Assembly (NCBI GenBank): GCA_023665725.1
Contig: JAMPDH010000004.1
Span: 166-64,165, forward strand
DNA length: 64,000 nucleotides
Reading direction: 5' to 3'
From: Clostridium sp.
Lineage (GTDB): Bacteria; Bacillota_I; Bacilli_A; RF39; UBA660
Shown: in pieces, positions 19,551 through 29,849 of the stretch
How the letters are laid out: the number at the start of each line of letters is the position of its first letter
How positions within the stretch are numbered: position 1 is the stretch's first letter
Notes under the pieces: generated by a model
Told to the model about the DNA's origin: nothing
Seen by the model: only the letters and a program-made list of their open reading frames with translations
The model's database searches: none
Translations under genes and position numbers: made by a program

Positions 19551-21113
19551 CATCATTTGCTTAATCTCTTCTACTTCAACTTCTACATTTAATCTTTCAA
19601 ATAAAGGTATTCCTTTTTCTATAACTTTAGTTGATTTCAAAGCCCCATAAGTTGCTGAATCCAAACCTCTATATTTATCTTCTATTCCTAATTGACTTAG
19701 TATATTTAAACTTGTATCTGGAATAAATGGACCTATATATATAGCAAATATTCTTAAAGTTTCTACTAAATTATACATTACAGCTTTTAATTTTTCTTTC
19801 TCTTCTTCTTTAGCTAATACCCAAGGAGTAGTTTCATCAATATATTTATTAGCCTTTGAAATTACATCAAATAAATGCCCTAAAGAACTACTTACTTTTA
19901 TACTTTCAAAATCTTTTTTAAACATATCTATTGAACTTTTTAAAAACTCTATTAACTCATCATCATATTCTGTTTTTTCTATATTGTTATCAATAAATCC
20001 AACAAAATATTTATTAACCATAGCAATTGTTCTATTAAGTAAATTACCTAAATCATTACACAAATCATAATTATATCTTTCAACAAAACTTTCGGGTGTA
20101 AACTCACTATCGGTTCCATAATTCATAGTTTTTAATAAAAAATATCTAACAGCATCTACACCATATTTATCTGCTAAAACATCTGGATAAATCATATTAC
20201 CCTTAGATTTACTCATTTTTCCATCCTTCATCATAATAAATCCATGAGAATATAATTTTTTAGGAAGGCTTAGCTCTAATGACATTAAAAATATTGGCCA
20301 ATATATAGCATGAAACCTTACTATATCTTTACCTATTATTTGTATATCAGCAGGCCAAAAGTCTTTAAAATCCTTATCATCTTCCTGCAAATATCCTAAA
20401 TTAGATATATAATTTGTTAATGCATCTAACCAAACATACATTACATGATTAGGATCATTTGGTAATTTTATTCCCCAATTAAACGTAGTCCTTGATATAC
20501 ATAAGTCTTCAAGTCCTGGTTTTATAAAATTATTTATCATTTCTTCTTTTCTAAATACAGGTTCTAGAAAGGAAGGATTTTCTTCATAAAACTCTAATAA
20601 TTTTTTTTCATACTTTTTTATATTGAAAAAATAACATTCTTCACTTGTTAAAGTAACTTCTCTACCACAATCAGGACACTTACCATCTGGAGCTTGAGTT
20701 TTAGTAAAAAAAGTTTCACATGGTACACAATAAAGTCCATTATAATGTCCTTTATATATATCACCATTTTTATACATTTTCTCATAAATTTTTAAAACTG
20801 TTTTTTCGTGTTTTTTATCAGTTGTTCTTATAAAATCATATGGGCCTATATTCATTTTTTTCCACAATTTTTGTGCAGATTCTGCCATATCATCTACATA
20901 TTCTTGTGGAGTTTTTCCTATTTCTTTAGCCTTTGTTTCTATCTTTAAACCATGTTCATCTAAACCAGTTAGTAATTTAACATTATAACCTTCTAACCTT
21001 TTATAACGTGCGATTGAATCTGCTAAAATAGTAGTATAAGCAGTACCTATATGAAATTTACCACTTGGATAATAAATTGGGGTTGTAATATAAAAGTTTT
21101 TCATTGTTTCCAC
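19545..21113 (-). CDS. metG: Methionine--tRNA ligase (short form)
   Basis: FYITTPIYYPSGKFHIGTAY, CVPCE...CPDC knuckle, YVWLDAL, KMSKS. Confidence 0.96.
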   Translation of the reverse strand: METMKNFYITTPIYYPSGKFHIGTAYTTILADSIARYKRLEGYNVKLLTGLDEHGLKIETKAKEIGKTPQEYVDDMAESAQKLWKKMNIGPYDFIRTTDKKHEKTVLKIYEKMYKNGDIYKGHYNGLYCVPCETFFTKTQAPDGKCPDCGREVTLTSEECYFFNIKKYEKKLLEFYEENPSFLEPVFRKEEMINNFIKPGLEDLCISRTTFNWGIKLPNDPNHVMYVWLDALTNYISNLGYLQEDDKDFKDFWPADIQIIGKDIVRFHAIYWPIFLMSLELSLPKKLYSHGFIMMKDGKMSKSKGNMIYPDVLADKYGVDAVRYFLLKTMNYGTDSEFTPESFVERYNYDLCNDLGNLLNRTIAMVNKYFVGFIDNNIEKTEYDDELIEFLKSSIDMFKKDFESIKVSSSLGHLFDVISKANKYIDETTPWVLAKEEEKEKLKAVMYNLVETLRIFAIYIGPFIPDTSLNILSQLGIEDKYRGLDSATYGALKSTKVIEKGIPLFERLNVEVEVEEIKQMMK

Positions 21114-21224
21114 CTTTCTCTTAAATAATTATACATTAAAAGTTTAAAAGCACCAATATTTATAAAATTTAGCACAAATTAATTTTATATTAAATTGTTT
21201 TTTAATTAATACTATTTTTATTGC

Positions 21225-22508
21225 CTAAGGTTTTAGCGCTGTTATGGGTAATATATATATTCCGGTTTCTTCATCGATTAAACATGCATCCAAAATTCCT
21301 ACTATTATACACATAAATTTTGGTTCTTTAATCATATTTTTTTTAAACTTAATTAAGTTTTTTTTAGCTTCATCTACTTGATTAAATCCAAGTTTTATTT
21401 CTACTGCAGCATATTCTCCATCTTCAAATTCAAGTATTGAATCAACCTCTAACCCAGAAACATTATCTCTAAAATGATAAAGTTTACCATTCAAATAATT
21501 CATATATATATCCAAGTCTCTTTCAACTAAAGATTCAAACATAAAACCAAAAGTTTTGATATCATTTAATAATTTTTCTTGATTTAATCCCAAAATTGCA
21601 CAAGCTAAAGACGGATCTGTAAAATGTCTTTTAGAAGCTTTACCAACTCTTTCTCTGGAACGATAATTTTCAGTATATGCATACTGATTATCTATTATGT
21701 GAAGTCTTTCTAAAGCATCTAAATAATCCTCTACGGTATTACTACTACCTATATTATCATCTATTTCATTTTCTTCAATATCTCTCATCAATGTTTTATT
21801 TGAAACAATTGTTGATTCATTTCTTGCTAAGCTTTTTAAAAGCATCATCATTTTTATTTTATCTCTAGTTTTATCGTTATTCATATCAACATCTAAAATA
21901 TTTTCAATATATTCTTTTGGAATGATACCTGATTTATTACCTTCTTTTGTAATATTACCTGGCCATCCACCACGTACAATTAAATTAGCAAGTTCAGATA
22001 ATTCTAATTTATTATTATTACAAAATTCCTGAGTCTTATTATACATATCCATTATTGATACCTGCCCTGTCGAATCACCTGATTCATACAAACTCATAGG
22101 TTTCATTTTTATCTTTCCTATTCTACCAGCTCCTGAATGTTTTACTTTTTCTTTTTGATCCTTATCAGTTAATTTAGTAGAACATGTCAAAATATAATTC
22201 CCCTTTTTAGTAGTTGCATCACATCTATTTCTAACACGATCCCATAAACCTGGTACTAAATTCCATTCATCAATTAATCTAGGTGTCGCTCCATTAAGTG
22301 CAAAAGAAGTATCAACCTCTACTTTTTCTCTTACCTCATCATCTGATAAATTAATATTGCTTTTAGAATGATATAATGATGACCAAGTTTTTCCACACCA
22401 TTTTGGTCCTTCAATAGAAATTGCACCAAATACATCTAAATATAATTCTATTTTTTCATCAACCAATCTTGGTTTATACTCTCTTTTATCAACATCCATT
22501 GTTTTCAC
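21225..22508 (-). CDS. AAA+ ATPase with DUF4143-type C-terminal nuclease-like domain
   Basis: YKPRLVD, GPKWCGKT, LIDEW, GGWP, HFTDPSL, HFRD..GLEVD..AVEIKLG. Confidence 0.85.
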   Translation of the reverse strand: MKTMDVDKREYKPRLVDEKIELYLDVFGAISIEGPKWCGKTWSSLYHSKSNINLSDDEVREKVEVDTSFALNGATPRLIDEWNLVPGLWDRVRNRCDATTKKGNYILTCSTKLTDKDQKEKVKHSGAGRIGKIKMKPMSLYESGDSTGQVSIMDMYNKTQEFCNNNKLELSELANLIVRGGWPGNITKEGNKSGIIPKEYIENILDVDMNNDKTRDKIKMMMLLKSLARNESTIVSNKTLMRDIEENEIDDNIGSSNTVEDYLDALERLHIIDNQYAYTENYRSRERVGKASKRHFTDPSLACAILGLNQEKLLNDIKTFGFMFESLVERDLDIYMNYLNGKLYHFRDNVSGLEVDSILEFEDGEYAAVEIKLGFNQVDEAKKNLIKFKKNMIKEPKFMCIIVGILDACLIDEETGIYILPITALKP

Positions 22509-22727
22509 CTCAAGATAATTATATTATATATTTTTTATAATTGCAACATTAAATGAGCCATTTTTAACAATTTTAGTGAGTGATTTTTAAGTTTTTTAAT
22601 GAGTTGTTTTTAATTAAAAATCCACTATTTATTTTATTCTTCGTATCTTTTATTATACTAAAACTATTATTTATTTTTTAATATCATAATAAAAAAAGTG
22701 AAATAAAATTCACTCTTGTTTTAAAAA

Positions 22728-23018
22728 TTAAATAGTTGGATAAACACTTACCTGTTTTTTAGTCTTTCCAACACGCTCAAATTTTACATAACCATCAATT
22801 TTAGCGTAAACTGTATCGTCACTTCCAATACCAACATTAGTTCCTGGATAAATTTTAGTACCACGTTGGCGATATAATATAGATCCACCTGTTACAAATT
22901 CTCCATCACTTGCTTTCGCACCTAAACGTTTCGCTATTGAATCACGACCATTTTTAGTTGAACCTTGCCCTTTTTTATGTGCGAATAATTGGATATTTAA
23001 ATTCATTAATTTTAACAT
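22728..23018 (-). CDS. rpmA: 50S ribosomal protein L27 with cleavable N-terminal extension
   Basis: LNIQLF|[15 protein letters not shown]. Confidence 0.97.
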   Translation of the reverse strand: MLKLMNLNIQLFAHKKGQGSTKNGRDSIAKRLGAKASDGEFVTGGSILYRQRGTKIYPGTNVGIGSDDTVYAKIDGYVKFERVGKTKKQVSVYPTI

Positions 23019-23031
23019 GGAAGACACCTCC

Positions 23032-23334
23032 TTATTTTATTATTTTTACATAGTCTTTATAATCTTTTTCTAACTCTTCTAATAATTCTAACATATTATC
23101 TATCAAAGTATCAGTAATATTAGTATGATTTAATATTTCTATTTTTAAAAAACCCTCTTTACTTTCATACTTAATAGAATTATCAAGTCTTATTATTCCA
23201 TTAATGGTAGTAGTTACTATACTAGAAATTGAAGCACATACAATATCTTTTCCAATTTCATTATATCCAGTATGTCCTATAACCTCTATACTTGTTATAT
23301 TATTATTATCTTTATTTACTTTTATTTTAGTCAT
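23032..23334 (-). CDS. prp: Ribosomal-processing cysteine protease Prp (YsxB)
   Basis: GHTGY...DIVCASIS; lies between rplU and rpmA. Confidence 0.9.
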   Translation of the reverse strand: MTKIKVNKDNNNITSIEVIGHTGYNEIGKDIVCASISSIVTTTINGIIRLDNSIKYESKEGFLKIEILNHTNITDTLIDNMLELLEELEKDYKDYVKIIK

Positions 23335-23335
23335 A

Positions 23336-23632
23336 TTAACCTATTGTTTTAATTTCTACTTTAGTGTATGGTTGACGATGTCCTTGAGTTCTATGGTAGT
23401 TTTTCTTTTGATTATACTTATAAACTTTTATCTTTTTATTTTTACCATGTTTTAAAACAGTAGCAGTTACTTTAGAACCTTTTAAATATGGTCTACCAAC
23501 CTCACCATTAGACATAAGCACTTTGTCAAAAACAACATCTTTACCTGCTTCAGCATCTAATTTTTCAATATAAAGTACTGTTCCAGGTTCTACATAATAT
23601 TGTTTTCCGCCAGTTTCTATAATTGCTTTCAT
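23336..23632 (-). CDS. rplU: 50S ribosomal protein L21
   Basis: [10 protein letters not shown]...GHRQPYTKV. Confidence 0.97.
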   Translation of the reverse strand: MKAIIETGGKQYYVEPGTVLYIEKLDAEAGKDVVFDKVLMSNGEVGRPYLKGSKVTATVLKHGKNKKIKVYKYNQKKNYHRTQGHRQPYTKVEIKTIG

Positions 23633-23649
23633 TTTTTACCTCCTTTATA

Positions 23650-23730
23650 ATCTAAGACTCGCCTTTATGGTAATAGAAAATTCTATTTTTAACCTATTTC
23701 AGTGCGGTTGTAGAGGAGCTCTACACAATA
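23650..23730 (-). promoter_or_regulatory. L21-leader-like RNA element
   Basis: GC-richer structured leader upstream of rplU (TGTAGAG hairpin, CCGCAC...GGCGAGTC). Confidence 0.65.
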
Positions 23731-23759
23731 TGAAATTTTACCATGAATTATATTAAAAG

Positions 23760-24488
23760 TCAAACTTTTTCTTTTAAAATATACCTCTCTGTATAATAAA
23801 AATTATCTACATAAAAAATATTTTTGTAGTATTTAAACATTTTTGATAAATTAAGTCCTCTTATTATTTTAGTTTTTTTATAATTAAACACTCCTTCTTT
23901 TCTTTCTAGTAAAAACTTTAACATTAAATATTTTGATTTTTTTATATCGTCTATTACTCTTATAGTCAAAAATATTAAGATAAAATAAAACATTAAATTT
24001 CTATATAAAAATAAAGGGATTAAAAAACATACTGATATAATCATGGATATTTTATTAGATAATTTAAACGAGAATATAAGATTTAAAATACAGTTTACTA
24101 TTTTAAATCCATCTAATGGACATATAGGCAATATATTAAAAAGTATTATACTATAATGAAATAAAAATAAATTATTTATATTAAAAGGTTTTAATATAAA
24201 ATAAAATATTATTTGAAAAACAAACCCCATTATAGCAACAATAAATTCTTCCTTAAATGGTTTATTAATCTTTGTTTCAAAAATAGTAAGAGCTCCAAAT
24301 GGTAATAAAATTATCTTATTTATTTTCCACTTGTAGTAAGTTCCTGCCACTATATGTCCAAGCTCATGAAACAAAATAATAGATGTAAAAAGAATAAAAT
24401 CTTTAAAATGACCTGTTATTATAACTATAAATATAAGTATGTAAAAAAATATATGTATTTTAATCTTAGATATAATTTTTGTAATCAA
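23760..24488 (-). CDS. M50 intramembrane metalloprotease, SpoIVFB-like
   Basis: HELGH, FNILPICPLDG; lies between a spoIVFA-like gene and rplU as in Bacillus. Confidence 0.85.
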   Translation of the reverse strand: MITKIISKIKIHIFFYILIFIVIITGHFKDFILFTSIILFHELGHIVAGTYYKWKINKIILLPFGALTIFETKINKPFKEEFIVAIMGFVFQIIFYFILKPFNINNLFLFHYSIILFNILPICPLDGFKIVNCILNLIFSFKLSNKISMIISVCFLIPLFLYRNLMFYFILIFLTIRVIDDIKKSKYLMLKFLLERKEGVFNYKKTKIIRGLNLSKMFKYYKNIFYVDNFYYTERYILKEKV

Positions 24489-25068
24489 TAATATTTCCCT
24501 CTTGCTTAAATACTAGGTACATATAATCATTATCTACTTCCCCTATAAAACTACCTTTATTTATATAGTCATAAAGGTTTACTGATATACTTTTTAAATT
24601 AGAATACCATACATTTGTGCCGTCCTGTTGTTCAATTATAACAGTATTACCATAACCTTCTTTATCTCCAATAAAAATTACTAATCCTGTTTCTATACAT
24701 GGCACTAAATAATTGTTTTCTACAGTTATTTTAACTCCATCCATATAGTTTTCTAAATCATTATATGTTAATTTTTCATTAAAAACAGTTTGTTCCCTAT
24801 CTAAAAATCCAAATAAATTACTAAGAGGCAAAGTCTTTCCAAAATATTTTTCATATAATTTATTAACATATGCAAATGAAAAGTTATCTTCATAAACTTT
24901 TTGATGAAATTTTAGCTTTAAACTAGGTTTTGCCTTTAAAGTTATAAGGGTTACAATAGTTATAATCACAACTATTAATGTTTTACTTAAATACTTATAA
25001 ATTGGTTTTAATTTATCATGCTTGTCTTTTTTTTGCAATTTCTTAATTCTTTTTACATATTCTTCCAT
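24466..25068 (-). CDS. SpoIVFA-like membrane protein with degenerate M23 domain
   Basis: One TM; GLVIFIG..GYGNTVIIEQ.DG...WYSNL; synteny. Confidence 0.75.
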   Translation of the reverse strand: MEEYVKRIKKLQKKDKHDKLKPIYKYLSKTLIVVIITIVTLITLKAKPSLKLKFHQKVYEDNFSFAYVNKLYEKYFGKTLPLSNLFGFLDREQTVFNEKLTYNDLENYMDGVKITVENNYLVPCIETGLVIFIGDKEGYGNTVIIEQQDGTNVWYSNLKSISVNLYDYINKGSFIGEVDNDYMYLVFKQEGNIIDYKNYI

Positions 25069-25080
25069 ATTTTCACCTAG

Positions 25081-25566
25081 TTAATTATATATTGATATGT
25101 TTTTTTTATTACATAATTTTTTAAATAATATATAAACTAAGGAAATAAAAATTATATTAATAATTAATGAACTATATATACTTTTTAAAAGTAGAAACCA
25201 GGAAAAATCTATAACTTTTATTAATAATAACAATATAAAGTTAATTATTCTATATAAGACTATATTTAAAATAGTTATTAGTATTACACTTATATAATTA
25301 TATTTAAATACCCTAAAAAACATAATAATTATATTAAAGCATATAAAATAACTTATTAAATCTATTAAAAACAAGTTACTAAATATTATTCCATGCATTA
25401 TTCCAATTAAAACTACATACATAATAGATTTTTTCTTATATTTATAAATTATTGGTAAAGTCGAAAATACTAACATAGGAAATAAAATACTATTAAAACT
25501 AGATAATATTCCTTCTAATATAAATGATATTATTAATAAAACTATCATTTTCTCTCCAAAATACAT
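25081..25566 (-). CDS. mreD: MreD-like membrane protein
   Basis: Multi-TM, directly after mreC. Confidence 0.6.
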   Translation of the reverse strand: MYFGEKMIVLLIISFILEGILSSFNSILFPMLVFSTLPIIYKYKKKSIMYVVLIGIMHGIIFSNLFLIDLISYFICFNIIIMFFRVFKYNYISVILITILNIVLYRIINFILLLLIKVIDFSWFLLLKSIYSSLIINIIFISLVYILFKKLCNKKNISIYN

Positions 25567-26354
25567 ACATTAGATATAAGATTATAATTTATTTTAGGCT
25601 TTACCTTAACTTTTTTTATTAAATCAAAATTATCACTTTCTATTAATTCTACTATCCCTATATATATGCCTTCTGGAAAATTAGTACCCAGCCCAGCTGT
25701 AGTAACTATGTCCCCTATATTTACATTATCTTCTACATTATCTATTATTAAATATCCATTACTATATCCTGATAAAACACCATATACATATCTATCTGAC
25801 TCAATTTTAACTGTTATTTTGTTGCTAGATGATGATGTTATAAGTTTAACTTCACTTGTTTTATAATTAATTGTATTTATGTATCCTATTAAACCTTCAC
25901 TAGTAACTACAGCTTCTCCTATTTTTATCCCATCACTTTCTCCCTTATCTATTACTAAGGTGTCATACCAATACCCTAAATTTCTATCTATAATAGTTGC
26001 ATTTGTTTTATTATAATCACTTAAAGTACTATTTAAACCAAGTAATGATTTAAGGTTATCTATACTACTCCTTAATTCATTATTTTCTATTTTTAAATAC
26101 TCTAATTCATTAAGTTGCTCTAATAGTTTTTTATTTTCTTGATATAAATCTCCCTTTGTAGTTAGTTCATCTAATTTTTCTTTTGCATAGTCAAATGGAA
26201 TACTTACATATTTTATTACAAAGGAATATGCATCTTTAATACCGCGTTCAATAAAGGTTAATCTCTTTCTATCCCCAATTATAACAATAAGAATAATTAT
26301 TATAAAAATGCCTAAAATTATAAATAATTTCTTTTTTTTCATAAAAAATCTCAT
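25545..26354 (-). CDS. mreC: Rod shape-determining protein MreC
   Basis: TM, coiled coil, IDKGESDGI...GLIG, GD.VTTAGLG..FPEGIYIG. Confidence 0.92.
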   Translation of the reverse strand: MRFFMKKKKLFIILGIFIIIILIVIIGDRKRLTFIERGIKDAYSFVIKYVSIPFDYAKEKLDELTTKGDLYQENKKLLEQLNELEYLKIENNELRSSIDNLKSLLGLNSTLSDYNKTNATIIDRNLGYWYDTLVIDKGESDGIKIGEAVVTSEGLIGYINTINYKTSEVKLITSSSSNKITVKIESDRYVYGVLSGYSNGYLIIDNVEDNVNIGDIVTTAGLGTNFPEGIYIGIVELIESDNFDLIKKVKVKPKINYNLISNVCILERK

Positions 26355-26359
26355 TCCTT

Positions 26360-27037
26360 CTAAATAATACCATTTTCTACAAAGCTAAAATATCCATCTT
26401 GTCCAATTATAATATGATCAACTATTTTTATACCAAATAACTCTCCTATTTCACTTAACTTAATGGTAGATTCTATATCTTCATTACTGGGATTTAAATT
26501 ACCACTTGGATGATTATGTATTAATATAATAGATGATGCACTACATAAATATGCTTCCTTATAAATTTCTCTTGGATGAATTAGACTGTGATTTATTGTA
26601 CCTATATAAAGAAGACGTTCACATATTACTTTTTTAGAATTATCTAAATAAACTGCATAAAAATATTCTTGTTTTTTATCTGATAGTCTATCTTTATAAT
26701 ATTCATATACAATATCAGGTCGTGTTGCTTTTACATTATATAAAGTATCTATTTTCTTATTTATACGTCTTCCTAATTCTATAGACGCAATTATCGTTGT
26801 AGCTTTTTTTAACCCAATACCTTTTATTTTTAGAAGCCCATTTAAAGTTACTTCTTTTAGATTTTTAATTCCACCAATATTACTTAATAAAATAGACGCT
26901 AAAGCTTTAGATGATAAATCCTTAGTTCCTGTATTTAAAAGTACTGCAACAAGTTCCTCATCACTTACGTTTTCTACTCCATAGTTTATAATTCTTTCAA
27001 TTGGTCTATCGCTAACTGGTATATCTTTAATTTTCAT
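26360..27037 (-). CDS. radC: RadC family JAB-domain protein
   Basis: DRPIER...VSDEELVAVLL.TGT, HPREI, HNHPSG...S.ED, DHIIIG. Confidence 0.95.
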   Translation of the reverse strand: MKIKDIPVSDRPIERIINYGVENVSDEELVAVLLNTGTKDLSSKALASILLSNIGGIKNLKEVTLNGLLKIKGIGLKKATTIIASIELGRRINKKIDTLYNVKATRPDIVYEYYKDRLSDKKQEYFYAVYLDNSKKVICERLLYIGTINHSLIHPREIYKEAYLCSASSIILIHNHPSGNLNPSNEDIESTIKLSEIGELFGIKIVDHIIIGQDGYFSFVENGII

Positions 27038-27488
27038 TTAACACTAACTCCTCATACTCTGAAAGTATCTGACTACAAATACTTCCTATTGTTTTTTCAT
27101 TACTACTTTCTATTAATTTGTCGTATTCTTCTAACACACTTATAAAATCTGAATTACTTACTCCAATTACCTCTATACTAGTACTATACCCTAAATTATC
27201 ATAATATCCTTTTATTTTTTCAGCATTTTCTTTTTTTGTACTGATCCCAATATAACTGTAATATTTATCATTTTTTACAGTATGTATATAATATGTAAAT
27301 TTAATCATACCTTCTTGCATTTGTTCAAAACTAGAGTATTCTCCTTCACGAACAAAGTAAAGTTCTGATGTATTGTTTGCAAAAACTGGTATTAATTCTT
27401 CTGCACTTTTATATTGTTTAATTAAGGTTATTCCAAGATATACTCCTATTGCTATTGAAAGAATTAAGGGAATTATATATTTTTTCAT
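27027..27488 (-). CDS. Membrane-anchored SPOR-like protein
   Basis: N-terminal TM; YFVREGEYSS..., YIGIS..KENAEKIK pattern. Confidence 0.5.
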   Translation of the reverse strand: MKKYIIPLILSIAIGVYLGITLIKQYKSAEELIPVFANNTSELYFVREGEYSSFEQMQEGMIKFTYYIHTVKNDKYYSYIGISTKKENAEKIKGYYDNLGYSTSIEVIGVSNSDFISVLEEYDKLIESSNEKTIGSICSQILSEYEELVLNEN

Positions 27489-27532
27489 TATGTTTCACCA
27501 TATATATGATAAAACATGAAGACCTCACAATT

Positions 27533-27539
27533 TGTCGAA
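27533..27539. promoter_or_regulatory. Putative Spo0A box (TGTCGAA)
   Basis: Consensus 0A box in an intergenic region 45 bp upstream of the SPOR-like gene; others at 37825-37831 and 62433-62439. Confidence 0.4.
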
Positions 27540-27570
27540 AAAAAAGGAAACCGTAATCCTACGAGTTTCC
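27540..27570 (-). terminator. Intrinsic terminator on the minus strand
   Basis: GGAAACTCGTAG...TACGGTTTCC followed by T run. Confidence 0.6.
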
Positions 27571-27681
27571 AGTTGTATTAAATTAATAATACATTATATT
27601 ATATGAATATAATATATTTTTATTACATTGACTTTCCTGATTTTTAAAGGTAAAATAACTATTAACGAAAGGGGTACTTTA

Positions 27682-28419
27682 ATGAGTAATTATAAAGAAA
27701 TGATAAAACAAGCATTAAAAGAATTAAAAAATAAAAAAACTTTTTATAAACAAATTCCAAATTTACTTACTCTTTCACGTATTTTAGCGCCCTTTATTAT
27801 ACTTCCACTTGCTATTACTGAAAATATAATTCCATCAATAATAGTTTCTAGTATTATTGCTTCAACTGATTTATTTGATGGTATGCTTGCAAGAAAATTT
27901 AATTCTACTTCTTCATTAGGTAAAGAATTAGATGCATTAAGTGATAAAGTTTTTGCTCTTTCTCTTACTATACCATTACTACTTACTAATCCTATATTTA
28001 GTTTAAATATTATTCTTGAAGGTTCTATAGGAATAACCAATTTAATCGCAAAACTTAAAAACAAAAATCCCCATACTGAATTAATTGGTAAAGTTAAAAC
28101 GTTTTTCCTATTTGGTAGTATTATTATGGGTTATATAAACTTATTTGTTCCTTTAAATATGGGATTATTTATAGGAATGATTACTTCTACCGCTATGATA
28201 CAAGGTGTGACTTTAGCCACTTATATAAATAAAAATTTTATAAAGCAAAAAAATACTAATAAAAATATTATTAATGAGTTAGAAAACATAAAAATTAAAA
28301 ATGTAAACAAATTAGAAAGTAATAAAGATTTATATTATACTAATTCTAAAACTTTAAAAAAACAAAGTATTAATAGTAAAAATGGTGTTAAAAAATTAGT
28401 ATTAAAAAAATATAAATAA
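27682..28419 (+). CDS. CDP-alcohol phosphatidyltransferase (PgsA-like) with long basic C-terminal extension
   Basis: IPNLLTLSRI, TDLFDGMLARKFNSTSSLGKELDALSDK, GKVKT; ATG after AAAGGGG. Confidence 0.85.
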   Translation: MSNYKEMIKQALKELKNKKTFYKQIPNLLTLSRILAPFIILPLAITENIIPSIIVSSIIASTDLFDGMLARKFNSTSSLGKELDALSDKVFALSLTIPLLLTNPIFSLNIILEGSIGITNLIAKLKNKNPHTELIGKVKTFFLFGSIIMGYINLFVPLNMGLFIGMITSTAMIQGVTLATYINKNFIKQKNTNKNIINELENIKIKNVNKLESNKDLYYTNSKTLKKQSINSKNGVKKLVLKKYK

Positions 28420-28480
28420 TACAAAAAATCTACATGGAATGATGTAGATTTTTTAAGTCGTTTCTAGTTACTTTTTATAT

Positions 28481-29065
28481 TTATTTTAAAGCATCTATTA
28501 ATTCTGATTTTTTCATTGTAGAATAACCTTCTACTTTTTTAGATTTTGCAAGTTCTTTTAACTCTGCTACTGTCAATTTAGATAAATCAGCTGATTCTTT
28601 TTTTGTAGTTTTCTTTTTTTCATCTGTCTTTTTAGGCTCGATTTTTTTTGTAGTTTCCTTTTTTTCCTCTACTTTTTTAGGCTCAGTTTTTTTTGTAGTC
28701 GAAACTTTACCATTTAAAGCATCACGTGCTATTGCAACTAAATCTGTAAAAGCAGATGGTGAATCTATAGCAAGCTCTGATAACATTTTACGATTTACTG
28801 TTACTTCTGCTTTATTAAGTCCATTTATAAATCTTGAATAACTAATTTCATTTTGACGGCAAGCAGCATTAATTCTAGTAATCCATAATTTTCTAAAATC
28901 TCTTTTCTTTTGTTTTCTATCTCTATATGCATATTTTCCAGAATGCATAACCTGTTCTTTAGCAGTTTTATATAATCTATGTTTACTACCAAAATAACCT
29001 TTTGCTTCATCTAATACTTTTTTACGACGTGCACGATGAATTGTGCCTCCTTTAACTCTTGGCAT
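28481..29065 (-). CDS. rplT: 50S ribosomal protein L20 with C-terminal Lys/Glu linker and Rho-N-like domain
   Basis: MPRVKGG...[24 protein letters not shown]; extra ~75 aa. Confidence 0.96.
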   Translation of the reverse strand: MPRVKGGTIHRARRKKVLDEAKGYFGSKHRLYKTAKEQVMHSGKYAYRDRKQKKRDFRKLWITRINAACRQNEISYSRFINGLNKAEVTVNRKMLSELAIDSPSAFTDLVAIARDALNGKVSTTKKTEPKKVEEKKETTKKIEPKKTDEKKKTTKKESADLSKLTVAELKELAKSKKVEGYSTMKKSELIDALK

Positions 29066-29077
29066 ATTTTTTCCCTC

Positions 29078-29272
29078 CTACAATATATCTTTTAATCTAT
29101 TCATATCACTTTTGCTTAATAGTGATGATTTTCTTCCACATCTATTTGATGCAGCATTTTTCTTTCCTGTATTATGTCTAGTTCCAGGATGACCTATTTT
29201 TACTGTACCACCAGGTCTAACATTGCATACTTTAGCAGTACCTTTATGTGTTTTTTGTGTTTTTTTAGCCAT
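29078..29272 (-). CDS. rpmI: 50S ribosomal protein L35 (divergent)
   Basis: KTHKGTAK...RHNTGKK; lies between infC and rplT. Confidence 0.85.
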   Translation of the reverse strand: MAKKTQKTHKGTAKVCNVRPGGTVKIGHPGTRHNTGKKNAASNRCGRKSSLLSKSDMNRLKDIL

Positions 29273-29286
29273 TGCTTTTTCTCCTC

Positions 29287-29817
29287 CTACTTTTCTTTTT
29301 TAGGCATTAATATCATAGTCATAACTCTACCATCTAAAGTTGGTTTTTGTTCAATAACTGATATTTCTTTCAAAGTATCCGCAAAACGAAGTAAAACATC
29401 TTTTCCAAGCTCTGTATGTGCCATTTCTCTACCTTTGAAACGAACTGAAACTTTTATTTTATGTCCCTTTTCTAGATATTTACTTGAATTATTAATTCTT
29501 GTATTAAAATCATGAACATCAATAGTTACTGATAAACGATATTCTTTTATTTCTAAATTACTTTCTCTCTGTTTTTTCAAATTTTCTTTTTGACGTTTCT
29601 TGTTTTCATACTTAAATTTATTATAATCCATTATTTTACATACAGGTGGATTACCATTAGGATTAATAAGTACTAGATCAAATCCAGCATAACTACTTAA
29701 AGTCAATGCATCTTTGATAGGTTTTACACCTAATTGTTCTCCTTTAGGTCCGATAACCATTACTTCTTTCGCTCTAATTTGTTCATTTATAAACAAATCT
29801 TTCTCCTTACTTGCGAT
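29287..29817 (-). CDS. infC: Translation initiation factor IF-3, probable ATC start
   Basis: INEQIRAKEV...PPVCKIMDY...RFKGRE. GGAGGTG lies 7 nt before an in-frame ATC at 29817; TTG at 29796 is an alternative start. Confidence 0.93.
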   Translation of the reverse strand: MASKEKDLFINEQIRAKEVMVIGPKGEQLGVKPIKDALTLSSYAGFDLVLINPNGNPPVCKIMDYNKFKYENKKRQKENLKKQRESNLEIKEYRLSVTIDVHDFNTRINNSSKYLEKGHKIKVSVRFKGREMAHTELGKDVLLRFADTLKEISVIEQKPTLDGRVMTMILMPKKEK

Positions 29818-29849
29818 ATCTTTTCACCTCCGTATAAGATTTAGCCCTA

